Below are positions 55,065 to 62,970 of a stretch of DNA of 64,000 nt, in pieces. The position numbers and the translations under genes are program-made. Within the stretch, counting starts at the first letter, position 1, and each line of letters opens with the position of its first letter. The notes below the pieces were generated by a model. That model had not been told where the DNA came from, did not search any database, and worked only from the letters and a program-made list of their open reading frames with translations. Source of the DNA: Planctomycetota bacterium (GTDB taxonomy: Bacteria > Planctomycetota > UBA8108 > UBA1146 > JAJFFE01); assembly GCA_050246115.1 (NCBI GenBank), contig JBFWWP010000024.1, positions 13,381 to 77,380 on the forward strand, read 5' to 3'.

Positions 55065-56762
55065 TCACACCGAGTTGATCAGCGTATCGAGCAGACTGTC
55101 GACGACGCTCAAGAACCTGGCCGACCCCTGGTAGGCCCGCTGCAGCTGAATCAGCTGAATCGCCTCCTCGTCGACGTTCACCCCTGAGAGCGCCTCACGC
55201 TGATTCCTCACGTTCGCGGTGATCGCGTCCTGGTTGCGCGCCAGATCACGAGCTTCGGCCCCCTCGACGCCAATGCGTCCGATCAAGCTCTGGTAGAAGC
55301 CTTCGATCGTCTCGTCGTGTGGCCCGACGACCCCTTGATCTCGCAAGGCGAGGAGTTCTAGCACGACCGAGTTGTCGCCGGCATCGCCCGTCCGCCCGCT
55401 CGCGAGGAGCGCGCGGTTCTGGTCCAAGACTGTGGATACGCCGAGGTCGCGCGCGTTGGTGCCCGTGAAGAAGGTGCCCAGGCCGGCCGCCGCCAAGAAC
55501 CCGGTCGTATCTTCACGGAAGGTGAAACGGATCGAGTCGGCCGCGGACTCGATCTGCAGGTGTCCGTCGAGCGTCACCTGGGCGCTGATCTCGGGGTGGT
55601 CGGCGCCGATCGCGTCGATCTGGGCGGCCAGGTCGAGCAGCGTCGTGTCCGCCGTGATCGCTATCGCATAGGTCTCGCGCGTGTCGTTGCCCTCGTTGTA
55701 CACCTGGAACTGAAACGACCCGGTACCGACAGCGAAGGGCAGTGCGCCGGACACCAGCGGCGCGTTGCGATCGCGGGTTGCATGAGTCGCGAGGAGCGAG
55801 CCGTAGCGTTCGAGCCCTTCCCCGCTGGCATGGATCACGTTGAAGTCGACGAGAAAGGCCTGGGCAATCTGGTCGAGTTGGCCACGGAGGTCCGCAACCG
55901 TCGCATCCCGTCCCTCGACGATTCCCGCGAGTCTGCCGGAGCGCGGCGTGAGCCGCTTGCCGTCATCGGTGAAGCGCGCTTCGTGCCTCAGGATGTCGCC
56001 ATCCGAGATACTGCGCAGCTCGAGGGTGCGCGCCCGACTGTCCTGCACCAGCACGTCGCTCCCGGTCACGACCTGCACTGCGCCGCCACGACTCTCGACG
56101 ACGCGAATGTCGATCAACCCCGACAACTCGCCGAGGGCCGCAGCGCGCAGCGTGCGAAGATCGTTCGCGGTGTCGGGGGACGCACCACCGTCTTCCGCGA
56201 GCATGATGCTGCGGTTCAGGTCCGCGATCTGTACCGACAGACGATTGATGTCCTGGACCACGCCCACGAAGTCCTCGTCGAGCGCTTGCCGCAGGTCGCG
56301 GATACCGCGGTCCATGAAGTTCACGGTCTCGGTGAGGGTGCGACCCTCCTCGATGACGAGCCCGCGCGCGGTCGGATCGAACGGCGAGTTGGCCCAGTCC
56401 TCCAGGGAATCGAAGAAGCGCCCGAGGGCCGCCGACAGACCACCGCCGTCGAGATCCCCGAACACCGCCTCGACCATGGAGTAGATGCGATCGCGTTCCT
56501 GATAGAGCCCCAGGTCGGTGGTCGCCTCCCGGACCGTGGTTTCCAGGTGCTCGTCGACGATCCGCTCGATCCGCGCGATCTGCACTCCGGTTCCCACACG
56601 GGCGAACACCAGATCATCCGAGGGCGTCGGCGTGAACAGGACCCGCTGCCGGGCGTATCCTTCGGTGTTCGCGTTCGCGATGTTCTGGCCCACCGTCTGG
56701 ATGGCGGCCTGGTGAGCCCCGAGTGACAACCGCGCCAGGTTGAGGGACGCGAAGAGCGACAT
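55065..56762 (-). CDS. flgK: flagellar hook-associated protein 1 FlgK
   Basis: MSLFASLNLARLSLGAHQAAIQTVGQNIANANTEGYARQRV. C-terminal LIQLQRAYQGSARFLSVVDSLLDTLI. Confidence 0.92.
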   Translation of the reverse strand: MSLFASLNLARLSLGAHQAAIQTVGQNIANANTEGYARQRVLFTPTPSDDLVFARVGTGVQIARIERIVDEHLETTVREATTDLGLYQERDRIYSMVEAVFGDLDGGGLSAALGRFFDSLEDWANSPFDPTARGLVIEEGRTLTETVNFMDRGIRDLRQALDEDFVGVVQDINRLSVQIADLNRSIMLAEDGGASPDTANDLRTLRAAALGELSGLIDIRVVESRGGAVQVVTGSDVLVQDSRARTLELRSISDGDILRHEARFTDDGKRLTPRSGRLAGIVEGRDATVADLRGQLDQIAQAFLVDFNVIHASGEGLERYGSLLATHATRDRNAPLVSGALPFAVGTGSFQFQVYNEGNDTRETYAIAITADTTLLDLAAQIDAIGADHPEISAQVTLDGHLQIESAADSIRFTFREDTTGFLAAAGLGTFFTGTNARDLGVSTVLDQNRALLASGRTGDAGDNSVVLELLALRDQGVVGPHDETIEGFYQSLIGRIGVEGAEARDLARNQDAITANVRNQREALSGVNVDEEAIQLIQLQRAYQGSARFLSVVDSLLDTLINSV

Positions 56763-56765
56763 GGC

Positions 56766-57293
56766 TCAGATCCTCCGGTCCATGAACAGCGAGCCCCGCC
56801 CGTCGCCCGCCGAGGCTCCGCGCTGGTCGTACTGCCCCCCCATTTGCTCGTGCACGACCTTCGACAGGAACACGTGAACGTGCCCGATCGAGTGTTCGAT
56901 CAACGCCCGGTTCACCGCGTTCTGGCGCGAGAGACAAAGCGCGACCTCGCGCAAGGACTCGCGCCGCTCGGCGAGACGCTCGCTGAGGTCTCCCGGTAGG
57001 TGCGGTAGCATCTCCGACAGCCGGATGCGCGAAGGTGCTTCATGATCGAGCAGATCACCGACCTCCTCGGTAACCAAGAGGCGTTCCTTCTCTTCCTCGA
57101 TGAGGCCGCGAATCAGCTCCTCCTCGACGGGTTTGAGCTCGGCGAGTTCGTCGAGCCGCACTTGGGTCAGTGCGTTCTCCTTGGCCACGAGGGTCTCCAG
57201 GAGGCGGTCATGGAGTTGCTCGATGCGCCCGAGCACCTCGCACAGCTCCTCGACCGACATCCGAAGGCGCGCATCCCGTTGCGCTGCGTTCAT
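56766..57293 (-). CDS. flgN: FlgN-like flagellar chaperone
   Basis: 175-aa helical protein directly upstream of flgK. The pattern (LLETLVAKENALTQVRLDELAEL...) fits the FlgN family. Assignment is mainly by position. Confidence 0.6.
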   Translation of the reverse strand: MNAAQRDARLRMSVEELCEVLGRIEQLHDRLLETLVAKENALTQVRLDELAELKPVEEELIRGLIEEEKERLLVTEEVGDLLDHEAPSRIRLSEMLPHLPGDLSERLAERRESLREVALCLSRQNAVNRALIEHSIGHVHVFLSKVVHEQMGGQYDQRGASAGDGRGSLFMDRRI

Positions 57294-57622
57294 CCGTGAT
57301 TCTCTCCTTCTGCCGCGACCCGCGGCCCCACTGAGGGTTGTGCTGACGAACGACCGTCCTGTTCCGCCAGCGAGCGCTCGATCTGCTTCGCGATGCCGAG
57401 CGGCCGCGACTTGGCGATCTGATCCGCAAGGATCTGTCGGAACATTCCGGAGAAGGTCCGCCCGGCCGCGCCCTCGCCAAAGAAACTCGCGCCACTCTTC
57501 TCCAGCGGCTCGAGCATCTGGAACACGAACAACGATTCGAAGCCATCGGCGACGCTCTGCGGCGACCGACCCGGGAGCGCGGCCCGGTGCACGGTCGATT
57601 CCATGCCGGGGAACTGCGTCAT
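57290..57622 (-). CDS. flgJ: rod-binding protein (FlgJ N-terminal domain only)
   Basis: FESLFVFQMLEPLEKS...FRQILADQIAKSRPLGIAKQIERSL matches the rod-binding domain pattern. No muramidase domain. An alternative GTG start at 57637 overlaps the flgI stop. Confidence 0.7.
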   Translation of the reverse strand: MTQFPGMESTVHRAALPGRSPQSVADGFESLFVFQMLEPLEKSGASFFGEGAAGRTFSGMFRQILADQIAKSRPLGIAKQIERSLAEQDGRSSAQPSVGPRVAAEGENHG

Positions 57623-57633
57623 GCCGTCGAGCC

Positions 57634-58671
57634 TCACAGTTCCTCCAAGCTTCCGATCAGAGCCCCCGAACGATGGATGTTCCGAATCACCTCCGGAATC
57701 TGCTCCGGAGTGAACCCTTCGCCCCGCAGCGCTTGGATGACGTCGATCAAGAGCGGATGCTGGAGCGCTCTGGTGCCGTCACCCGGGATGCGAATCTGCG
57801 CATCCCCGAGGATCACCACGACTGGCGCTACGCGCACATTGCCATTGACGGTGACCATTCGCGTACGACGATCGATGACGACCTTGGCTTCCTGGTCCAC
57901 ATCGGGCACTTCCACTTCGCCCATGATGCGCGAGATCAGCTCTACCGCGCCGTCGCCCCGGTAGGCTTCGGGGATCTTGACTTCGATCGCGCCGCTATCG
58001 ACCGCTTGCGCGATCTGGTGCTGATCTCCCAAGGTGAAACGCAGGAACGGGAACTCGTTGATCGCACGGGCCACCCGGCTCGCCGTCGAGAAGTCCGGCC
58101 GGTGGAGAATGATGCGGAAGCGATCGCCCTCCGGGTTGAACGGAATGGAGATGTCCTCCTCGAGGATCGCGGTGCCGGTTCCCACGGTCTCGGAGTCGGG
58201 GTGCCCGACGATCGGCCCTTGGGCGACGGCGTACACGGTCTTGTCGCCGGTGCCCGGCCCGTACAGGACGGTCTCGAGGAGGCGCCCGCCCCGAATCGAC
58301 TTGGCATCGCCAATGCTCGCGAGCGTGACCTCGATGTTCGAGCCTCGTTTGATCGTCGACGGCGCGAGCGCCTCGACCATGACCACCGCAATGTTGCGCG
58401 ACTTCAGGTCCTCCTCCGAGATCGGGATGTCGAGGTTCTCGAGCAAGTTGCTGTAGAGCTTGCGGGTGAGACTGAAGCGCGTGCTATCCCCGGTGCCGGC
58501 CAAGCCCGTCACCAAGCCGATCCCCTTCATCTGCTGCAGTCGAATACCCTCGACGCGAGCGATGTCCTTGATGCGTTGCGCGTGCACCGGCGAGGCCGAC
58601 ATGGCCACGAACGCCAAGGCGAGGACGGGAATGGAGATCAGCGGCACAGCCGTTCGAAGCGACCGATCCAA
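57634..58671 (-). CDS. flgI: flagellar P-ring protein FlgI
   Basis: RIKDIARVEGIRLQQMKGIGLVTGLAGTGDS. Start placed at TTG 58669-58671 (GAAAGGA 9 nt upstream), which gives the signal peptide MDRSLRTAVPLISIPVLALAFVAMSASPVHA. The track ORF extends to 58767. Confidence 0.9.
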   Translation of the reverse strand: MDRSLRTAVPLISIPVLALAFVAMSASPVHAQRIKDIARVEGIRLQQMKGIGLVTGLAGTGDSTRFSLTRKLYSNLLENLDIPISEEDLKSRNIAVVMVEALAPSTIKRGSNIEVTLASIGDAKSIRGGRLLETVLYGPGTGDKTVYAVAQGPIVGHPDSETVGTGTAILEEDISIPFNPEGDRFRIILHRPDFSTASRVARAINEFPFLRFTLGDQHQIAQAVDSGAIEVKIPEAYRGDGAVELISRIMGEVEVPDVDQEAKVVIDRRTRMVTVNGNVRVAPVVVILGDAQIRIPGDGTRALQHPLLIDVIQALRGEGFTPEQIPEVIRNIHRSGALIGSLEEL

Positions 58672-59027
58672 GCTCGAAGTCCTTTCACCGAAGACCTGCC
58701 CACGAACCGCCACCCCAAAGCACGGGCCGTTCCACATCGCGAAATCGCGCGCGAACGCCCTGAGCACGGGTCATCAGGGGCAACGGGCCGACCTCGCTTC
58801 GTTCGCGGCACCCCGCTGGCCGGCAGGTGTTGCCGGCGTTGCGGGATTCGGCCGCTCGACCGGCGCGCAGGTTCCCGGGTCAGAGACGTGAGGCTCGGTC
58901 GGCGAAGTCCACCCGGTCGCCGGCAGGCGACGGCCCACCGAGCGTGCGCACGCGCGCTCGGGACAGGGCAGTTTCGATCAAGCCTGGACACCGGGATGCG
59001 ACGCAGGGAGGTGCAGGATGGGCGTGG

Positions 59028-59221
59028 GGCGACTCCTAAGGAGTCGCCCAAGAATAACTTCGACATCTTGCCGTCGATTTGGGTTAGATTCGGCCGATCC
59101 GGGAAGCTCGGAACCGGAGGCGTAGCCTTGGTTCCGGTGAGGATTTCGAGGTTTTCGGATCGGTCGAAGATGGCCCGAAGCGACGAGCAAGAGGGTGAAG
59201 TTATTCTTGGGCGACTCCTAA
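59028..59221. mobile_element. MITE-like element copy B (179 bp core 59040-59218, flanking TAA, plus a 9-nt extra end)
   Basis: Same terminal inverted repeats as copy A. TAA at 59037-59039 and 59219-59221. An extra GGCGACTCC at 59028-59036 forms the 21-nt palindrome GGCGACTCC-TAA-GGAGTCGCC. Confidence 0.78.
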
Positions 59222-59399
59222 GTCTTCTTCTGGCAAGGAAGAGCAGCGAAGTCGACCGGAGGTGACCTGGGTTTGGTCATTGAGGATCGAATTCGCTGCA
59301 ATGACGAAGCCAGAGCGAGACTTCGGTCCTCCGCAGCCGAGCGCTCACGAATCATGCGGGTTAGGCCAATGGCTCACGGCGACAGACACCGACCATGGC

Positions 59400-59422
59400 T
59401 AAAACTGCAAGACGAGTGCAGC
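59400..59422 (-). terminator. weak terminator-like hairpin after flgH
   Basis: The minus strand reads CUGCA-CUCGUCU-UGCAG-UUUU, starting 7 nt after the flgH stop. The stem is only 5 bp. Confidence 0.25.
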
Positions 59423-59427
59423 GCGGT

Positions 59428-60090
59428 TCAGAACGGCCAGATCTTGTCGATGATCCAACCGAGCCAGGTCCACGCCGTGTTGGCGGATACCGGACCTTCG
59501 CCGCTGTACGCCAGTTTCATGTCGGCGAGGCGATCACTGGGTACGGTGTAGTCGTCGGAGATATCCTGGGATCGGAGCACGCCGCTCAACGAAACGACGG
59601 TCTCCTCCGCGTTGATCCGCTTCTGCTTGCGCGCCTCGACCATGAGGGTTCCGTTCGGCAACACGTCGACGACACGGGCCGCGATGCGCAAGCGCACGGA
59701 CTCCCGTCGATCGGTGCGGCCGCGTGCCTTGAGGTCGCGGTTCGCAGAGAACTCGATCTCCGGATGCGGGCCGTTGTCCGGCAGCACGTCGAGCCCCGAG
59801 AGACGCGCAAACTTGTCGATGAGGATCTCGGCCTCGAGTTCGCGCCGAGAGTCCAGGCGCGCGTCGTTCGAGGCGCTCGCATCCTCGGTCACGAGCACGA
59901 GCACGATGTCGTTCACCTGGATCGGCGGACGCTGGGTTGCAGGGCGGACGTAGATCGAGCGCACACCGCGGTCGGCGCTACCCGCCTTGGAGCGTTCCCA
60001 CAACGATTGGGCCCCGAGCGGACTCGCGCCGCACAGAGCGACGATCGCGGGGGCAAAGAGCAAGCGTCTCCTCAACAGCTCCTGAGTCAC
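59428..60090 (-). CDS. flgH: flagellar L-ring lipoprotein FlgH
   Basis: GTG 60088-60090 (GAGAGG upstream; overlaps the upstream stop as GTGA). Lipobox AIVALCGAS. VNDIVLVLV..., RLRIAARVVDVLPNGTLMVEARK, MKLAYSGEG. Confidence 0.9.
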   Translation of the reverse strand: MTQELLRRRLLFAPAIVALCGASPLGAQSLWERSKAGSADRGVRSIYVRPATQRPPIQVNDIVLVLVTEDASASNDARLDSRRELEAEILIDKFARLSGLDVLPDNGPHPEIEFSANRDLKARGRTDRRESVRLRIAARVVDVLPNGTLMVEARKQKRINAEETVVSLSGVLRSQDISDDYTVPSDRLADMKLAYSGEGPVSANTAWTWLGWIIDKIWPF

Positions 60091-60434
60091 GGCGAAACCT
60101 CTCGTTCGAAGGCGCACAACGCCGGACCGGCGAGGCCCACACGATCGGCGGGCAAGCCGGCCCCAGCGAGCCGGTGCAAGACGAGCCCCCAGGTGACACA
60201 CTCCTGGCCGACGGTCGGCAAGATCGTCGCTCTCACGAGCGGCCACACACCGGCCGGGTCTCGCACCGGCACAGCAACCTCCTCGAGCCGAAGCCAATGC
60301 CCGGCTGCGGGCTGGGGAACCGATGGCAGTAACGCCAGCTGGAACTCCACCCGTGCTGCGGGCGTGGTTCGCGGCGGCGGCTCAGGGGCCGTCGCCAGGG
60401 TCAGGGTCGACGTCAGGATGAGGAGGAGCGACAT
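60087..60434 (-). CDS. hypothetical secreted protein in the flgA position
   Basis: ATG with AGGAGGAG nearby. Signal-like MSLLLILTSTLTLATA. It lies between flgG and flgH and is translationally coupled to flgH. At 115 aa it is too short for a typical FlgA, and no SAF motif was recognised. Confidence 0.4.
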   Translation of the reverse strand: MSLLLILTSTLTLATAPEPPPRTTPAARVEFQLALLPSVPQPAAGHWLRLEEVAVPVRDPAGVWPLVRATILPTVGQECVTWGLVLHRLAGAGLPADRVGLAGPALCAFEREVSP

Positions 60435-60441
60435 CGGGATC

Positions 60442-61245
60442 TTAGCCTCTCAGGTTGTTCGCCACCTGCAGCGCCTCATCAGCGGTCTGGATGACGTTGG
60501 AGTTGATCTCATAGGCGCGCTGCCCTTGGATCAGTTGGATCAACTCCGTGATCGCGTTCACGTTCGATCCTTCGACCGCGAACTGCAGGAGGCTGGGCAC
60601 GCCGTCCTCCCCGGCCACCAATTCCTGCGGAGCCCCGGAGGCCGCGGATTCGGCGAACAGGTTGTCACCCAGCGGACGCAGCCCGGCAGGGTTCACGAAG
60701 CGAGTCAGCGTGATCTGACCCGCCTGTTGGCCATCGGGATCGGTACCGTCGTAGACCTGAACGATGCCGTTGGCCGTGATCGTGATGTTCTGAGTCTCTG
60801 CCGGGATGGTGATCTGAGGATCCAGGAAGTGACCGGCCGGCGTCACCATGCGCCCCTCACCATCACGCACGAAGTTGCCTGCCCGCGAGTATGCGAGCGA
60901 CCCGTCTGCCTTCTGAATGCGGAAGAACAGGTTGCCCTCTCCCTGTCCCTGGATGGCGACGTGAAGGGGGTTCCCGGTCTGCACGATGCCGCCGGGAGCG
61001 AAAGTCTTTTCGGTCGACACCACACGAACCCCATGGCCGACATGAACTCCCGACGGCTGAATCGTGCCACTGGCGCCAACGGCCCCGACCAGCGCTTGAT
61101 GATGGTAGAAGAGGTCCGCGAAGTTGACCCGGTCGCGCCTGTAGCCTTCGGTGTTGAGGTTGGCGACGTTGTTCGCAATGACGTCGATGTTGCGCAACTG
61201 GGCGTCCATACCCGTCGCGGCGGTGTAGAGCGCGTGTATTCCCAC
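60442..61245 (-). CDS. flgG: flagellar distal rod protein FlgG
   Basis: ALYTAATGMDAQLRNIDVIANNVANLNTEGYRRDRV. C-terminal LIQGQRAYEINSNVIQTADEALQVANNLRG. Confidence 0.93.
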   Translation of the reverse strand: MGIHALYTAATGMDAQLRNIDVIANNVANLNTEGYRRDRVNFADLFYHHQALVGAVGASGTIQPSGVHVGHGVRVVSTEKTFAPGGIVQTGNPLHVAIQGQGEGNLFFRIQKADGSLAYSRAGNFVRDGEGRMVTPAGHFLDPQITIPAETQNITITANGIVQVYDGTDPDGQQAGQITLTRFVNPAGLRPLGDNLFAESAASGAPQELVAGEDGVPSLLQFAVEGSNVNAITELIQLIQGQRAYEINSNVIQTADEALQVANNLRG

Positions 61246-61329
61246 AGCGTACTCACTCTCCGATTCCTGCGAGCGACCGGCGGACCGTGCCCGCGCGATC
61301 TCATGTCATGGTGTCGGGCTCGATCCGGC

Positions 61330-62088
61330 CTAGCCCACGCGTCCGACGTCGTTCACCACGCGACCCAGAGCCTGGTCTTGCTGCGTGATCATGCGCTGAT
61401 TGGCCTCGTATGCGCGGGACGTGCGAATCAAGGTGACCATCTCTTGCACCGCGCTGACCGTGCTGCGCTCCAGGAAGCCCTGGTGGACTCGAGCAGCCGC
61501 CGGTCCGGGCGCAGCGCCATCGACCAACGCGTAGCGATTCCCTCCCACGGGCTGGTAGCGCTTCGGGTCCGCCGAGCCTTGGATCCACAGCTTGGCGACG
61601 ACTTCACCATCGACGCTCACTTGTCCGTCCTCCGCGATGGCGAGTTGACCATCGGGCACGCGGATCGGACGACCGCGATCATCGAGCACCTGAGCGGCAC
61701 CGTCGGCCATCACCAGGAGCCCTGACTCGGACTTCGCGAAGTTGCCGGCACGCGTGAAGAGCCGGTCGTCCCCGGCGGCGACCGTGAACCAACCGTCCCC
61801 TTCGAGTGCGACATCGAGCGAGTTCCCGGTCTGCTGCATCAGGCCGTTCGCGGGGTCGAAAGCGACCTCGTGGACGAACAGTCCGCCGCCCACCCGATCT
61901 AAGATCTGACGACGCGAGACCTCGAGTCGCGGCGGCTCCTTGGCCTCGTTCAGGCGCTCCTGGAACACCGCGAACGAGCGCTTGAAGCCGGGCGTGTCGA
62001 CGTTCGCCAGGTTGTTGGCGACGACGTCCATGCGCGTCTCCGCGGCGAGCGATCCTGCCGCGCTGAGGTACATCCCGAGAGAAGACAC
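61330..62088 (-). CDS. flgF: flagellar proximal rod protein FlgF
   Basis: MYLSAAGSLAAETRMDVVANNLANVDTPGFKR. C-terminal LIRTSRAYEANQRMITQQDQALGRVVNDV. Start is GTG 62088 or ATG 62073. Confidence 0.86.
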   Translation of the reverse strand: MSSLGMYLSAAGSLAAETRMDVVANNLANVDTPGFKRSFAVFQERLNEAKEPPRLEVSRRQILDRVGGGLFVHEVAFDPANGLMQQTGNSLDVALEGDGWFTVAAGDDRLFTRAGNFAKSESGLLVMADGAAQVLDDRGRPIRVPDGQLAIAEDGQVSVDGEVVAKLWIQGSADPKRYQPVGGNRYALVDGAAPGPAAARVHQGFLERSTVSAVQEMVTLIRTSRAYEANQRMITQQDQALGRVVNDVGRVG

Positions 62089-62229
62089 GGGTCGAAGTCC
62101 CTTTCACGATGAGAGGTCCGGAGCGGGTGACGTTCCGGAGCCCGGAAGCAGCGCCCGTGCCGTGGCGGCGCGATTTCTCCCGGGGACGCGCCCCAACGAC
62201 CCGCAAATGTTCTCACCATAGGACGTTAT

Positions 62230-62620
62230 GGATGATCGACCCGCGCCGGGGGCCGTTTGGGGGAGGCCCGTCGCCAGCGACTTGGATACGGCAGGAACCG
62301 CCGGTCGAGCCAGGTTCTGCCCCTTCGCTCGAGCCCGGGGGCGCGCTGAGACTCCTGCTCCGTGTCGGACCCGCCGACACGTTTCCATGGAGTTCCTGAG
62401 CCCCAGCTCGGCGCGGGTTCCGCAGTGCTACTCCAAGCCTCGCGTGATCGCCCACTTACACGAACCACGCACTTTGGCGCGCCGTCTGCTCTTAGTCGGG
62501 TCCAACCTGCAATGGCCCCCTTGTCCCGGGGAGTGGGCTCCCTGCCTCGTTCTGCGGCAACCCGGGTTTCTTCAGAACAGCAAGGCGACGGCGGCAACCC
62601 GTCGCCTTGTTTTTTTCTTT
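62230..62620 (+). ncRNA. candidate structured non-coding transcript of unknown family (5' end not defined)
   Basis: No credible ORF on either strand. Several stable hairpins (62290-62321, 62361-62381, 62526-62575). Ends in a canonical plus-strand intrinsic terminator that no protein gene can account for. Confidence 0.3.
62581..62620 (+). terminator. strong Rho-independent terminator
   Basis: 11-bp stem CAAGGCGACGG/CCGTCGCCTTG with a 7-nt loop, followed by TTTTTTTCTTT. Confidence 0.8.
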
Positions 62621-62848
62621 GGCGAGGCGCGTTCTGTCGACGCGGCACGCCAGCCGAACCGCTCCCTCCGAAGGTGTGACGCACGGCGGCTGCCGCTCGA
62701 GGTCTGCGCGGGAGCGGCGGAGCACTTCAGACGAAAGTGCGCACCGACATGCGTTGCGAGTTCACCAGCGGAACGGTACCGTGCCCCGATCGCACTCAGA
62801 GTCTGGCACGAGTTGGACACCTCGGAGGGTGACTCGTGCGCCCGCCGT

Positions 62849-62933
62849 GCGAGGGTGGCGAAATTGGCAGACGCGCAGGGTTTAGGTTCCTGTCCCGAAA
62901 GGGGTGGGGGTTCAAGTCCCCCCCTTCGCACCA
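62849..62933 (+). tRNA. tRNA-Leu (anticodon TAG)
   Basis: 85-nt cloverleaf. Acceptor GCGAGGG/CCTTCGC (one G-U), D-arm GGCGAAATTGGCAGACGC, anticodon loop TT-TAG-GT, long variable arm, T-arm GGGGGTTCAAGTCCCCC, and an encoded CCA. Confidence 0.92.
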
Positions 62934-62970
62934 CTTCTCTGAGTTGCCCAGTTTCTCAGGCGTCGAATTC

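Noticed and set aside
58780-58795. Sigma-54-like motif upstream of flgI (minus strand GAGGTCGGCCCGTTGCC).
   Set aside because: The spacing and TTGC are correct, but the -24 box matches only the GG dinucleotide. Such partial matches are expected by chance in GC-rich DNA.
62141-62153. CCCGGAAGCAGCG, resembling the SRP RNA GGAA tetraloop region.
   Set aside because: The flanks cannot form the conserved helix 8 (no GG after GGAA to pair with CC). The site lies in the flgF leader region.
62201-62220. Sigma-54-like motif upstream of flgF (minus strand TATGGTGAGAACATTTGCGG).
   Set aside because: It has a good TTGC -12 box and a GG, but the spacing is GG-N11-GC, one nt longer than the essentially invariant N10. 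Kept only as a note.
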